Part shown: in pieces, positions 1-12,220 of the stretch
How the letters are laid out: the number at the start of each line of letters is the position of its first letter
Position numbering within the stretch: position 1 is the stretch's first letter
NCBI GenBank assembly: GCA_900088475.1
Contig: FLMG01002404.1
Location: forward strand, 1-37,935
Direction of reading: 5' to 3'
Length of the DNA stretch: 37,935 nucleotides
DNA from: Hyphochytrium catenoides
Taxonomy: Eukaryota > Protista > Hyphochytriomycota
Notes under the pieces: generated by a model
Databases searched by the model: none
Seen by the model: only the letters and a program-made list of their open reading frames with translations
What the model was told of the DNA's origin: nothing
Translations under genes and position numbers: made by a program

Positions 1-21
1 TCTCTCTCTCTCTCTCTCTCT
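1..21. repeat. (TC)n microsatellite
   Basis: tctctctctctctctctctct at the window start. Confidence 0.9.
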
Positions 22-412
22 GCTCTTTCACCTTCGCCCGCGCCAGTCTCTCCAGGGGTAACAAAAAGCATTGGGACCTATATTATCTAAGTAAAGTGTA
101 TTGACTCATGTTCCAGTGTCTTCCAATACCCGTGAAACGCCATTGTACAACTGGTTGAGGTGCCCATAAAACAGACTTCGTCTCTCCCAAAACAGCTTCA
201 GAGCTCTAACAACTAAAACCACTAATAATAAGAGAGGCGTCAACTAAACAAAGCTTCAGAATGATCTTCATAAAGCTCACGAAGTACTTCTCAACTTGCA
301 AAGCAAAGCACCAAGCACAACCAGCTCCATTACAACTTACAGAGATTGCCTGAGACGCCTCTTCTAGGCACTCAGCACATACAACGTTCTCTAGGTTATG
401 GGTGGCAACTGC

Positions 413-581
413 TACCTGAAGGAGGTGCCTGACCGCAGCGCAGGGGGAGAACTCATTTACGCCGTGACTGGTACGAGACTGGACCTTGCACACTCAGTAG
501 GAGTTCTTAGCCGTCATCTCTCCAAGCCAAGCCATGTTCATTGGCAGGCAGTCAAACGCTGGCTCCATAACCTAAAGGAAA
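413..581 (+). mobile_element. Degenerate Ty1/copia LTR-retrotransposon pol fragment (end of RT, before RNase H)
   Basis: YLKEVPDRSAGGELIYAVTGTRLDLAHSVGVLSRHLSKPSHVHWQAVKRWLHNLKE matches the copia pattern VPYRSAVGSLMY...TRPDLA.AVGVLSR..S.P...HW.AVKR.LRYLKG. No other pol motifs or LTRs are recognisable nearby. Confidence 0.8.
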
Positions 582-758
582 TTGTATCTGCTGAGCGCTA
601 GAAGAGCCGCTTCTGACAAACTTTTGTGAGTTGTAACGGAGCTGGTTGTGGTTGGTGCTTGCGCTTTGCTTGTGCAACTTGAGAAGTGATATGCAGTAGC
701 TGCTGCTGCCGCCCGCCGCTCTCCTCTTCTTTTCCGAGAGCTCCACCAGCTGTCTTCT

Positions 759-3504
759 TCACTCAGCAGATAAGTTAATCTCGTCGACCCCAGAGGCCTT
801 GATAGTTCTTCGGGTCCGAGCTAGGCTTTCATCTCTTTAGCTGCTTGCGCAAAGAATGGATCTTTGGGGGTGGGGTCAATGCTCTTCTCACTGTCCCATT
901 ACGTCATAGCGCTCGACGCTCGAATGAAATCAAGAAGTACAAGGGCCGTAAGGACCGTCAGTTCTACTCCGATAGGGCTTTCGTGGGGGTGGGGGAGGGC
1001 TTAGAGATGCTAGACTGCTAGAGACATTATCCTTTCAATCAGCATGAGGTGGTTCTTCACTGGCAGCACTCATGCTCTAGCGAGTCGGTTCAGCATAGAG
1101 GTGGCTACCGTACTGTTGACAGATTAATATATAAGGGTTCTATAGCCATGCACAGCTCCCTCTAGCTCCACTGTCGGCGCAAGGAACCCCTCCCTACTAA
1201 GGAACACGCCTTCTTCATGAACCAGTTGATCTTAGGGTCTCGCCACGCAGTATCTTCCTAGCATTGACTGCTTGCCCGCTTCAAACCGGGTGCTTTATGC
1301 CTTAAGGTGTAAGTCCGGGGGACAAAGATGGAGTCCATCACAAGACCTCCAGCCATGGAGAGGTCACCTTTTCCTCTCAAGCTCTTCTGTTCGTCTGGCA
1401 TGCTCCTCATGAAACTGAGAAGAAGGAGGGATGTCGGCAGAGAAAAAAATGAGGATGGCTTATTAGCATCGGAAAAGCCGTGACAATAGATGAGACAGGG
1501 AGGGGAAGCATAGATATATGATTGAAGACTCTCTCTCTCCTGTCCTGTGCACACCGGCAAGCCCACAGAGAGTCACGTACCTCCTCCATTCTTTGTCGAC
1601 TTCGGCCGAGAATCTCTTCTCTCTTTGCCGACAAATTGTCTCTGATACTTTCAGCGCCCTCCTGTAAGAGTCAAGAGACAAAGCATCAGATTGCTGAAGC
1701 TGGTAACCCCATTAGACATATTGACTCTGTCCAATCGCAACCTACCTGCGACAGCTTTTGAATAGATTTTCTTATCAAAGACTCTCTCTGCTCTATGAGG
1801 CCTTGTATGTCCTCCTCTGGAGAGAAGTCACAAAGATGAGTGAGAGAGATAGAGAGCAATCTGGTTACGAAATGACATTATTGAACAAAAGCCATGAACA
1901 GAGCGTTGCTCTACCTGTGACCATCATATCACTCGATGACATAGAGCTATCGGATTCTAAGGCTGGATCTTCCGCGACGACAGCCCCAGTTTCCCAGTCC
2001 TCCCGTGAGTGATTATTTAGCAGCTAGAATGGGCAGCCTGGTCAGTCCTCTGCCCTCTTCAAGCCAGAGACTTGATGGCCGATATGTGATCCCGCTACTT
2101 TAGTGCGAACTTCCACTTCTTCTCTTTCACGCGTCTCTTCTGCCCTGAGCACTGTCAAGCCGATGCCGAATTCACAGCCACTTTGTGCCTCCACATACGT
2201 CCCCACCAAGAGAACAATGCCTCTAATGCTCAATTGTACCTTAAGGTTAGGCAGCCCTTCATATAGCGGCTCGAAGAAGTACAGCTTTTGACAACAAGGG
2301 TTCCCTTCTAGCTTCAGGAACACTACGGAGTTTGGGATCTCCGCTGCACAAGCAGACCAGTCTCACTTTAACACTAGATTAGAATACTTTCAGGCATGGC
2401 ACGTACAGATTTGAAGCTGCTGAATCTGGTTGTGGGATAGGTCGAGCACTTTTAGCTGAGAAGAGAAAGGTAGGGGAGGGCAGAAGCGTTAAGCATCCAC
2501 ACTTGTTGTCGCTTGAACAGAACGGTGAAGATCTTCAGCCATCAATCATAAGTCTAATCACTCTGCTAGCAGGCTTAGAGTATAACCAAATAGGGGATGG
2601 TGAACCAAGGAAAGAACAATAGGAGAGGAGCGATGTTAAGCAGGTTAAAAGCGAGTCGCTTAGACCAGGACGAGAATTTACCTTCATCATGTGTGAAAGG
2701 TTCTCTATCTGAAGATGGCGGAGAAGTGTGAGAAGTTAGAGGTGGAAGGTGAGGCTGTCAACAGACTGGCAGGTACCCGCTCTATCTTGTTGCCTGCAAG
2801 CGATAGGAACTCAAGGTTTATCTGGCTCTCCAGATTCTCAATTCTGCTGATCAGGTTCTAGGAGTGCAAAAAGTCATGAGAGGAACAGGACCCTGATCTG
2901 ACTACCCATACAGAGTTCTACAGAGACAGACGTGCTTCAAACCTCCTTCTTCTCTTCTATAAGGACTATCTAAATCTGTGGAGCACAAGTTCTCTATCCC
3001 ACTTTTTCTACTTTTTCTCTTCAGTCACTGGCTCTCTCTCCCCTCTCAATAAGCAATTTCTTTGCTTGGCGACTTACATATTGCAGATAGAGTTCCTTCA
3101 AGTTAGTGTATGGCTCAAGGTTCTCTATAACCGTGATGTTAAGCCATTCCAGGTGCATCACCGAAGAGGAGAGGATCATCTCGGCGCTTCGGTGAGGCGG
3201 ATGTGACGAAGAGGAGTGAGGACTGTGAAGAAGATGGTGAAGGAGAATGTAACTGCAGACCCAGATAAGTCGAAAGAAAGAGGATGCTTACACCGAAACG
3301 AAGGGTACATAGGAGCATAAGATTGAGAAAGACAAAGCAAAAACTCTCCAAGATAGAGCGACAGGCAGTACATTTCGCTCACATCTGTTCCGCATTTTTA
3401 TTCTGTGTTTCCTGTGGCGTGAAATTGGCATTCTTGATCACGTCAATGGAGATTGTTTTCAGCTCGGGCTTCCGAAGCTCCTCCTCTCCCTCCAATGAGG
3501 TCAT
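759..3504 (-). CDS. LRRC46: Leucine-rich repeat protein, LRRC46-like (SDS22-type LRRs plus C-terminal coiled coil), about 11 exons
   Basis: Spliced translation from ATG 3504: MTSLEGEEELRKPELKTISIDVIKNANF.../AEMILSSSVMHLEWLNITVIENLEPYTNLKELYLQY/NLISRIENLESQINLEFLSLAGNKIER/IENLSHMMK/LKVLDLSHNQIQQLQI/SEIPNSVVFLKLEGNPCCQKLYFFEPLYEGLPNLK/..., then charged helical exons (EGAESIRDNLSAKREEILGRSRQRMEE/FHEEHARRTEELERK). Splice phases are consistent. The last exon and stop (759) are uncertain, and the LRRC46 orthology is from recalled similarity. Confidence 0.75.
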
Positions 3505-4238
3505 CTCTCCAAATAACAACAATCAATCACGCAAGGATGGTAGCTATGTCCTGAAGCGATGCTAGCAAATGGAGTGCGAAGAAGAACAGGTAGAAACGCT
3601 ATTCTTGTCCTCTGGCTTCTGCTGTGGCCCTCAATCCTTGCATTTGCAGCGCCCAAAGATGAGTGACCTGATACAGTGGCGCTGCCCAAGAGCTCCAATC
3701 ACTGCCCCGTTCTTCGAGGATTGAGCTCTTTATCCTCTGCCCTGGGGCCGTAAAGCTCAACTCTGTCTGCATCTGCACTCACAGCTCGCCGCCTGCGGAC
3801 ACTGACCCGCCAGACACTAAGTTCTTTTGTGCCGTTTCGTGGAAGTCTCATTCCCGATGGAGAGGCAGTAAGGGTTCCGATACAAGAATAGCTCTGCGTC
3901 TTATTTGGTATAATGCATGGTAGAAGGTCCTAAGTGTAACACAGAGTGGATTCTGAAGGTTCTGCCCTGTAGTAGCTGTTAATTGTTGTCTGTGCCGTTG
4001 AAGTTGTGTATCCTGAGGCGATGCGAAAGGGAAAAGCTGAGGAGAGAGAAAGATTTTCTCTTCCACTTTCCTCCTGCCTTGCAGCCCGCGCCCGACGCCG
4101 CCAAGCTCTGCCACAGCGAAAGACAGAGCTTCACTATCTGCCATTGACACAGCGCATAGGACTCAGAGGAGATACTATTGGAGTGCTCTCTTCCTGCATC
4201 GCCTTCCTGCCATTCAGAACCAGGATTTGTTTCTTACA

Positions 4239-4635
4239 ATGGAAAGCAAGCATTCTCCATTTGAAGCCAAGGAGATAAGCCAGGCTGCCAAGGGGCTGAA
4301 GGAAGCGAAGACGGATGATCATTCCTCTCTCAAGGCCAGCCTGGAGTATGACTCTAAACTTGCCAATTCTGTTGCCAAACTATATGAGGAGAAAGAAGGA
4401 GATCTAAGGTACAGTTCTCCTTTTGTCATAGCTTTTCCTGCTCTTTAACATGAATTAACGCACTGACCTCGGATTCTCTTTGAATCACTATTGTCCTTGC
4501 CTATATCTCTATGATGGCAGAGCTGTTTTTGAGGAGCTGAATGAGAACCCATCCAAGGCTTTGAAGCATCCTCCAAAGGACGCTGATGACTTTGGCAAGA
4601 AGTACGCTCAAGGCTTCTACGCATTGGCAAAGTGA
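4239..4635 (+). CDS. Small hypothetical protein (at least 2 exons, may extend to ~4930)
   Basis: ATG 4239 MESKHSPFEAKEISQAAKGLKEAK...GDL, donor ag|gtacag at ~4408, acceptor ggcag| at ~4520, continuing in frame as RAVFEELNENPSKALKHPPKDADDFGKKYAQGFYALAK. No recognised domain. Confidence 0.4.
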
Positions 4636-4999
4636 TAGCAGTTGCTGGAAATTTTCATAAAAGACAGCCAAAAAGGTAGCCTGACAGCCAAAGAGGTAGC
4701 TGTATTGTCTGTCATCGTCTGCGTAAATAAATAGTGAAAAGGAAGATTGTCGTGACAACCGTTACTGCCTACTGAGACTGTTCGAGTGGGGAGAGTTGTC
4801 CCATTCTTCTTCACTGCTATCCGCATAGAAAGCATTCAGAGTCTCTGAGGCCCTATCATGGAGCAGTTCAACGCTTTCCAAGCGTGGTGAACTCTCCCCA
4901 ACCTTGTAGTCGTCCGCAGGTTCTGCTATAAGAACGGGCTTTTAGCGAACAGCAAGGGAAAGCATTTCTCTTGGTTTGTTTGTGCTACCTTCTAATGAC

Positions 5000-6400
5000 T
5001 TGTCAGTGCCATGATACATCTTCACAGCCTTGTAGGCCATCAGATCCTTCTGAAAAGCGTCGGCCAACGCGTCTCTTCTGCAAATGCAGCCAGATTATAC
5101 GAAATGGAGCACATAACTGATAGATGAAGGAAAGAGGAGCCGACCTTGACTGATTTATCTCCTGGAGTCTGCTCTCCTTCGCTAGCGCTCGCTTCCCCTC
5201 GATGATTTCTAGCTGCAACATCTACGGAGAGCGTCCAGAGTCAGAAATACGTTTTTCTCTGGGGCAGTGGAAATATAAAGTACCACAGAAGCGGCATATT
5301 CCGCATTTTCCGCCACGAGTCGCTGCTCCGCTACCTCCGCCAATTCCTCTTCAACAGCGTCCACCTCCTTAGCAGTTTGTTCAAGGGACAGTCTGTGGAC
5401 GATAAGTCAGTAGAGAAACTCGCACCTCAACATCAGACGACGGAGGACCTGAGAGCTCTCATCGACTCTTGAATAGTATCAAAACTCCGAAGGTGCTCTT
5501 TAAAGATCTTCTCCGCTTTCTCGGAGTCCGAGACTCGTCTTCTCGCTTCCGCAAGCTCAGCGGCATAGTCGTCAGATCTGTTAAAAGGACACTCCCTCTG
5601 AGTACCACGTTGAGGATTGGTATAAAGTCAGTTGAGCGACCTTTCTATTAGAGCTGCAGTGTTTGCTGCTACGACATTCCAACTAAGTTCGTTTTCTTCA
5701 AAGAACTCCTTGCCAATGATGTCGTCAATCGAAACAGCACGCGACTGCTTGTCCCTGTTGCTGGGCCTAGATGCCTGAATAGGGCCATGATGAGGTTGAC
5801 GTGGTGCGAGTCAACTCTTATGCAGATCCTCCTTACATTGGTACTCAACGAGGCCGAGAGAGTGCTCTGGGCTTCCCTAGACACTAGACGCCAATCGAAG
5901 TAATGGAGGTTACTAGGCTGGCAAAAGAGTTGCTTGGCCCGATTAGCAGCTAGTACCTTTTTGAGCAGATGCAGATACGCTCTCTACTACCTCTGATATT
6001 ATGCTGTTGACGAAGTTTCACTTAGTGGACGAGGCCGAAGAATGAACACTGAAGGCCAGTGATACCTGCCATCAAGCTTGGCAACTAGATTCTTGAGCTG
6101 GATTCCTCCTTTGCCAAGCATAATGGAATTCTAAAAGTGCCCCAGAGGTCCCTCTCTACAAGTACTCTGCTAGCATTTGGCCGATGTGCTTACGGAGCTG
6201 TGCTTTCAAACATGCAAATCCCGTTGAAGGGCAGGATCGCCAAGATGGAAGTAGCCCACGACCATAGTGTATTCTAAGAATGTGAACACATCCTAGCTCC
6301 TGAAAGGCGATGGGGCACGTTAAGCTACTTTGAGACAATCCCCAGCTCGTGTCCTCAACGTTTTTCAAAAGAGGAAGTCTTTCACCCACTTATATGACTA
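5000..6400 (-). mobile_element. Decayed, 5'-truncated non-LTR retrotransposon (L1/Tx1-type ORF2 C-terminal part)
   Basis: Collinear disrupted ORF2 motifs on the minus strand: LRKHIGQMLAEYL*RG (FLW.G-like, ~6200-6150); frameshifted LGKGGIQLKNL (K..GGLG..NL-like, ~6115-6085); EFLY*LIVHRL (zf-RVT FLWRL.H.RL-like, ~5425-5390); KCGICRFCGTLYFHCP (C-terminal zinc knuckle, ~5310-5260); IIWLHL (~5100). Stops and frameshifts throughout. Confidence 0.6.
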
Positions 6401-6493
6401 AAATAAAAGAAGACTGCTCTTGCTTACGCTCCGTGGATTCCTGCACGAGTTCCGATCTGTCGAGGAAGAAGTCTTGTTTTGTGTGTCTTTGTA

Positions 6494-6571
6494 TGCAGAC
6501 GCAGATGCAGATGCAGATGCAGCTGCAGACAGAGATGCAGATATTCTACAGACGCAGATGTAGATGCAGAT
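6494..6571. repeat. Imperfect (GCAGAT)n hexanucleotide tandem repeat
   Basis: tgcagacgcagatgcagatgcagatgcagctgcagacagagatgcagat...cagacgcagatgtagatgcagat. Confidence 0.85.
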
Positions 6572-7139
6572 AAAATGTACTCTCACGATTGAGATGTTCC
6601 CCAGGAGTGTAAAGGATCAAACAGTGGTATCAGTCATCTCATACTCCTTTTGATTATCGTTTGAGATTTCAGAAGGCCGAACGGAGACTTCAACATGCCA
6701 ATCCCTTCGATTATGTTCCACCTGAATACTTCCGATTGTTTCTTTCACCTACATTCAAACTAATATGCGGTTCTGGAACATTGAAATCACCATGACTTCC
6801 GAAAGCTTCAACTAAATTTCGTGCGTACATCATTATCTGAGACGGAGCTTCTTCCTTCTTCTCATTACCAAACCGACAGAGCTCGCGCGCTGCCTGCTTT
6901 GCTGCTGAAGCCCGAACAGAGCTCCGGCGGGCAAGATCCAAGCCTTGCATGAAGCTTATTACCGGGTTCCTTACTATATTGAGCTCCACATAGCTCTTCT
7001 CTTGCTTTCTGCCAGATAAGGTTCATCACTTGCAGCCTCCTCCATCAACAGTCCCTCTGTTCACATCGCCCTCGAGGTTGGGAAGTGGTGTTAGGTGGAG
7101 TGCCTGGGTTGCAGGCTGCCTGGAAGCAGCTATTTCTTG

Positions 7140-9205
7140 ATGGACGGGGATAGGGAGCACGCAAACCTCTTTAGATACTCTTTTTATCGTCTCTTTCCCT
7201 CAGCCTTGCCTCGGCACGCTTATGATAGTGGGTCGTCAGACTCATCCTCCTCGTCAGACCAGGATATGAGTTTCTCGGGTGCTGGAAGCGGCTTCCACGG
7301 GAGAGGTATCCCGGGGCTTCTCCCAAGACGTCGGGCATCGCATGGTGCCACTCGACGGGGTTCAAATACTGATGTCAAGGATCTTAAGAGCTCCGATCTC
7401 TATCTTGAGCTTCTGCCACAACTGAAAAACGATAACACACAGAAGGTTCTGGCAGGATGCCAAGTCAGGGGCCCAACTTCACGTAAGAAGAGGCACATGC
7501 TTGCGGCAAAATACCTTCCAAATCAGGCCAGCCACCTCTGCCAGTTCGAGACTCGACAATACGAAGGTAGGGTCATGTCATCTGGTGACGCTTGGGACAG
7601 ACCTCTGACTCTCATGGCTGTTGTTCAGGAAAGTTCAGTCGGCAAGGAAACGTCTTTAGTCTGGCTGGGTCAGATGGATCCGTGAGGTTATACAATGTGG
7701 CATCTTGCCTGAGACATATTCACAACCAGGAAAAGTCTCAAGTTGAGATGCCGGTCAATGCAAAGCCTATGAGATACATCAGCTGTTCTCTGACATCCCC
7801 AAGGTCTGGCTCACGTGAGGCACGGGGAGTGACGGACCTCCGGGCAGGCCTAACATCGCTTTTACAGATCTGTGGATTTTTCCTCTGATGACATGTGGAT
7901 GGCCTACTCAGGATGGAGCGACCTGATCTATCTCTGCAATATAACGGGTGACTATGAGATTCATGAGGAGGTGCGTTCGTCTGAAACGATTGAGCTTTCT
8001 CATGTCTAGGCTGCGCTGTTATCTTTCCCGTGTCGCCTAGACCACTCTTATATCTTCCTTCACGCCTAAGCCCTTTGTATACCGTTTTCTTAAGTGCCTG
8101 CATCGCTGGCTGAGTCTTTGACAAATCCATGGCAGATCCCTCTGCATGAGGCAGTCGTGGACCGCGGTTGGGGCTTCTGCTTGTTCAGCATAAGCTTTTC
8201 TTCAGACTCCCTCCACCTTGCAGGTGAGAAGTCCTCTTGCATCGTCCGAGGCTTCGTGTTGGTCGTTTACCTCTGTTCTGGCCCTGTCGTCTTTGGCAGG
8301 TGGTGCTAACGATTGCAGGGTCCATCTCGTCAATCTTGAGAGGAAGACGCAGAGCTGCATTGATGCTCACGACGGTGAGAACTACCCGTCGTATCCTGCT
8401 GTTCAATAGTACTGACGCTAAGTATATTCAAGAGGATGTCAACGCCGTTGCGTTCCTGGATGATGGGACTACTGCGGGCTCTAATGTATGTGGGCATGAG
8501 TGGACACGTGACATGAGCTTCAGGGAACCTTAGTAAAGACATAATCTAACGTCCAACTGCTGTGTAGGTGATCATATCAGGCAGCGATGACAGAACCGCT
8601 AAGATCTGGGATCTTCGAGCGGGGACGACGGCCCCAGTCACCGTCTTACGCGGTCATACCAATGGGCTTACATGTGTCTCTTCCCGTAAGGACGGTCGTC
8701 ACATTATAACAAACGGGAAGGATGACTGTCTCAAGGTCTGGGACCTGCGCAAATTGAACGCTAAGCGCGACATGAGCCTGCTTTCCTTCAAGGGTAAGAG
8801 GTACTGTTACTATCCTGATCGTTTCCTGCATAACCGTTGCCCCGCTCTTCGGCAGATCATTATGTGTCCAGGACACTGGTCCGCTGTTCGTTCTCACCAG
8901 ATGAGACTACGGGCAGTCGATACGTATGCACGGGTTGCGCTACAGGCGCCATGGTTATCTATGACATTCTAACAGGTGCGTGTGCACGGAAGGAGTTAGA
9001 AGGAACGGTTCCAATAAATCTAACCCCCTGTACTCCAGGGAAGACTGTGAGGTGCCTCCGGATCCATACCAGCGTGGTTCGTGATACTTCCTGGCACCCT
9101 TCACTGCCTTTGATCGCTTCCACCTCCTTCGACGGAACTGTGGGTTTCTGGCAGTATGTTGCTGACCCATCAGAGGCGGATGCACTCCCTGCCATCGCTG
9201 GTTAG
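7140..9205 (+). CDS. DCAF11: WD40-repeat protein DCAF11/WDR23/LEC14B family (CUL4-DDB1 substrate receptor), multi-exon
   Basis: Spliced exons give KYLPNQASHLCQFETRQYE/GKFSRQGNVF..., DVDFSSDDMWMAYSGWSDLIYLCNI, FCLFSISFS, GGANDCRVHL, EDVNAVAF, IISGSDDRTAKIWDLR (DWD box), GHTNGLTCVSSRKDGRHIITNGKDDCLKVWDLRK, RTLVRCSFSPDETTGSRYVCTG and VVRDTSWHP...STSFDGTV. These are characteristic of the family. Confidence 0.9.
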
Positions 9206-9522
9206 GTGTGTGCAGCCACGACTCCATCTCCCTTCTGCGAAACGGAGGGGATTCTGGCAGTTTTGTTGCCGACTTCTTGGTGCTGAGTCAGAGGCGGATG
9301 AGCTTTCAGCGACCGCTGGGGAGCGCCTTCCTGGAGTCGAAGACGTAGCGTTTTGTACAGAGACATGAACCATCTGCCGATGCCGAAGTTAGGCGGTTGT
9401 GCTCTAGGTATGCATAAGCAAATACCACGACAAGCGTAAAGCATTGGCATCTTTGAGTCCTGCTTATCCGATGCTTTTGGCTTTGGGACCCATGTGGGGC
9501 TTCCTTTCCGTCTGGCTTAGTC

Positions 9523-12220
9523 TCAGGGAAGCAGCCTTAGAAGGGCAGGCTGAAACTCGGCCGACTTCGGGTTCTGGTATATTATAGGTTGAGCTTCCGC
9601 CAGGGATCTGTCCTTAGTCTTTGAATACGGGCTTTCTGTAGCTAGGATATCTGAGACTCGACATAGACCGATGGCCACGAGCTGCCGCTCACTTCGTGAC
9701 TTCCTCCCTGAAGTCACGTATCCTATGACGTTTGGTGGCTGCTGTTCCTGGTTTCATTCATACAAAATCTTGTCAGAAAGGAGTGCATAATGAGAGATTG
9801 GACAAGCCTGCTCTCACCTTAGTCGCCGTGTTCTCGCCTTTTTGTCCTGCATCCTCATCCTTCCCTGGCCAATAGAGCTAGATGAGGGTCGTGAGTTTGC
9901 TATGTCCATGCCCGACCCTCAATGGAGCAGTGTGTCTAATGGCTTACCACTGCACCACCTCCGGGGGCAACACCTCCTTGGCTCAGAAGACCTACTGTCA
10001 CCCAGGCCCCTTCTACCCGCTTCGCCCCTATCGATGACAGACAATGGTGGTTAAAAACTGCTCAAGTGGCGAGTCAAGGGCCCTCAACGATGCCTCACCC
10101 CCAGCTTGATATGCATCCTCCATCTCTTTCCATCGATGGAATCCTCGAACCACAAAGTGCCCTTCTGCTAGGCAAAAGATGTCGTTAAGTTGTATGTGAG
10201 TCTCCTTCTGATTGCTGTTCGTCGGCCGCTGATTGTGATTGTCCGCCCGGGAGAAGTCTGGAAAATCTGTTGGAAAGCTATGTCCATGGGTATCAGCCAC
10301 TTGCAGTCATCTAAGATACGGCACAAGGTTATACTCTAGGACCACAGACCTTAAGAGACCCAAAGAAGCACGCAAGATGTTCCGCTCCTGCAAGCCAATC
10401 TGTTCAAGGAGAGAGCAGCCCCGTCAGTATCAAGTGTTAGAGCCGGATATAAGGTCATGCTGCGGCCCATCTAAAGCTATGGCTTACCGCTCTAGCTCCC
10501 ACGAGTGAGAGCTTGACCCACACAGCTCCGGCGTCCTCAACGCCGCAAATTAGGTCATAGCCGCCCTCCATAGCTACCAGTCGGAGACTTAGTTCACTCT
10601 TGCACGCATGCTGGTGGCCTTTCTTAGGCCCTTCTTTCGCTATCCTAGCTACATCATTAGCCACTGCGGCTGGCTGCGCGTCTAAGAGAAGGCTCGTCTC
10701 TAGTCGCTGAATTGTGGCCGAAGTAGTGTCGATAAAGCTCTTCCATAACTGGTGCGTTCTTTCTGTATAGTCATCCAAAGCAATCTCCGTCTTCAGGATA
10801 GGGCAGAAAATAGTCTCAACAGAGTTCTCCTCTTGTTTCTCTGTGGACGCTCCTAGAATGAAAGTACTTTTGCTACATTGAGCGTCTTCCACTTGCCACG
10901 CGATGTCCTGGATGCTGTGCTCTGTCAACACTTCCACGGGTAGACCGGGTAGTGCAGCTGATAGAATATCAGCTGCCTGACTGCCTCGCAGCTCAAATCG
11001 ACACCAGGTGGCTCTTCGATCCCGTACGCCTAGCCTAGGAGTGCCGTTTTGAGGACCTAGGTAAGCGGTCAAAACCGTAGTATTGCGGGCTCGTCTCTTA
11101 CCGAACTGAGCTTTCCTTCTGTGCGACAGAAAGCTGTTGGAGAAAGTCCGGCAGAGCTGCTGCGTGGACCCAGACGAGAACACTTCGGACGCTGGACTCT
11201 GCCGATGCGGAAAGCCAGTAAAAGCTCACTGGGCAGATGGCATGGCGTGGAAACTTGCCACTTCCGTAGAGCATCGCTAGGCCCTAGCCAGCACTCAGGG
11301 TTAGCTGGTATGACACTGTCAAGGAGAGGGCATGCGACTACCTGCGTCTTGCCTTCTAGATGCCTAGGATCTTGAAACGGGGAGCCGAAGGGATCCTAGC
11401 GACCCATACAACCATGAATAACAGAACAACAGACAGGAAGAAAGCAACAGACAGAGGGACGGAGAGAGCTGGGAGGAAGGGCAAGGAAAGAGGAAGATTG
11501 CCGGATAGGGGAGGATGACGAGAGAGAGACACACAGTTGAGTGTGCAGAGAGGAAGCCACACACCGTCATACACTGGATCACGGCGAGAATGTCTTCAGG
11601 TTCTCCTTCTAGCTCGATCGGGATCTCATAGGAGACGTCACAAAGCGTAGCCCTCTTTCTATGATACTAACAGGAGGTTGAGGTCAGCCTTTGTCCTTCT
11701 CTCTTTGACTCTATTATCTCCTCTCTTATCTCTCCCTGCTTCTCTTTTTCTCCTGACGTTTGGGGAGCCTCAGAGGCAGAACACACCTCTAAAATATTGT
11801 CAGCACTCCAGCTGTTGGACTGCAGAGCTAGCCTGTAACCCCATCGATCAACCATCTTCATTCTCTTTGCATGCCATCGGTGAGTTGCCAGGCGGATGGT
11901 GCGGGCGCTGTCCTCCTTCTTGGCTCCCGATGCATTGTCGACAAGCTAATAGTCTCACTGTCAGAGCTAGAACGAGCTTTGATGTACGCAACGGACTAGG
12001 CAGGTTTTACCTTTTTGGCACGTGCTTTGTCTTTCTTGTGCTTCTTATGGACCCTTCTCCATCGCAGGTGTGCATTAGTGCGCCTTCTGATATGAGCTCT
12101 ATCCGCCTTGCCCGTCCCTGGGACATTACTTGGCTGGTTCACCTTTGCCGCTTGATGAAGTAGACGGAGCTCTGGTAGGCGGACCTCTGCAAAGTGCTCC
12201 AGTGCTAGCGTACGATTCAT
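9523..12220 (-). CDS. POP1: Ribonuclease P/MRP protein subunit POP1, multi-exon
   Basis: N-terminal FAEVRLPELRLL...RAHIRRRTNAH; W-box LATHRWHAKRMKMVDRWGYRLALQ; DVSYEIPIELEGEPE; WCRFELRGSQAADIL; GYDLICGVEDAGAVWVKLSLVGARA; DFPD motif; C-terminal AIGLC...IIYQNPKSAEFQPALL. Confidence 0.88.

Noticed and set aside
60-400. Possible further TE-derived coding sequence upstream of the copia fragment
   Set aside because: No motif could be matched with confidence on either strand.
6349-6586. ORFs with QMQMQM / ASASAS tracts
   Set aside because: These are translation artefacts of the GCAGAT repeat.
6600-6990. GDFN motifs on both strands (APE endonuclease-like) and YARNLVEAFG (Harbinger transposase-like)
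   Set aside because: These are single short motifs with no supporting collinear motifs or terminal inverted repeats. The apparent inverted repeat is only 13/18 identical.
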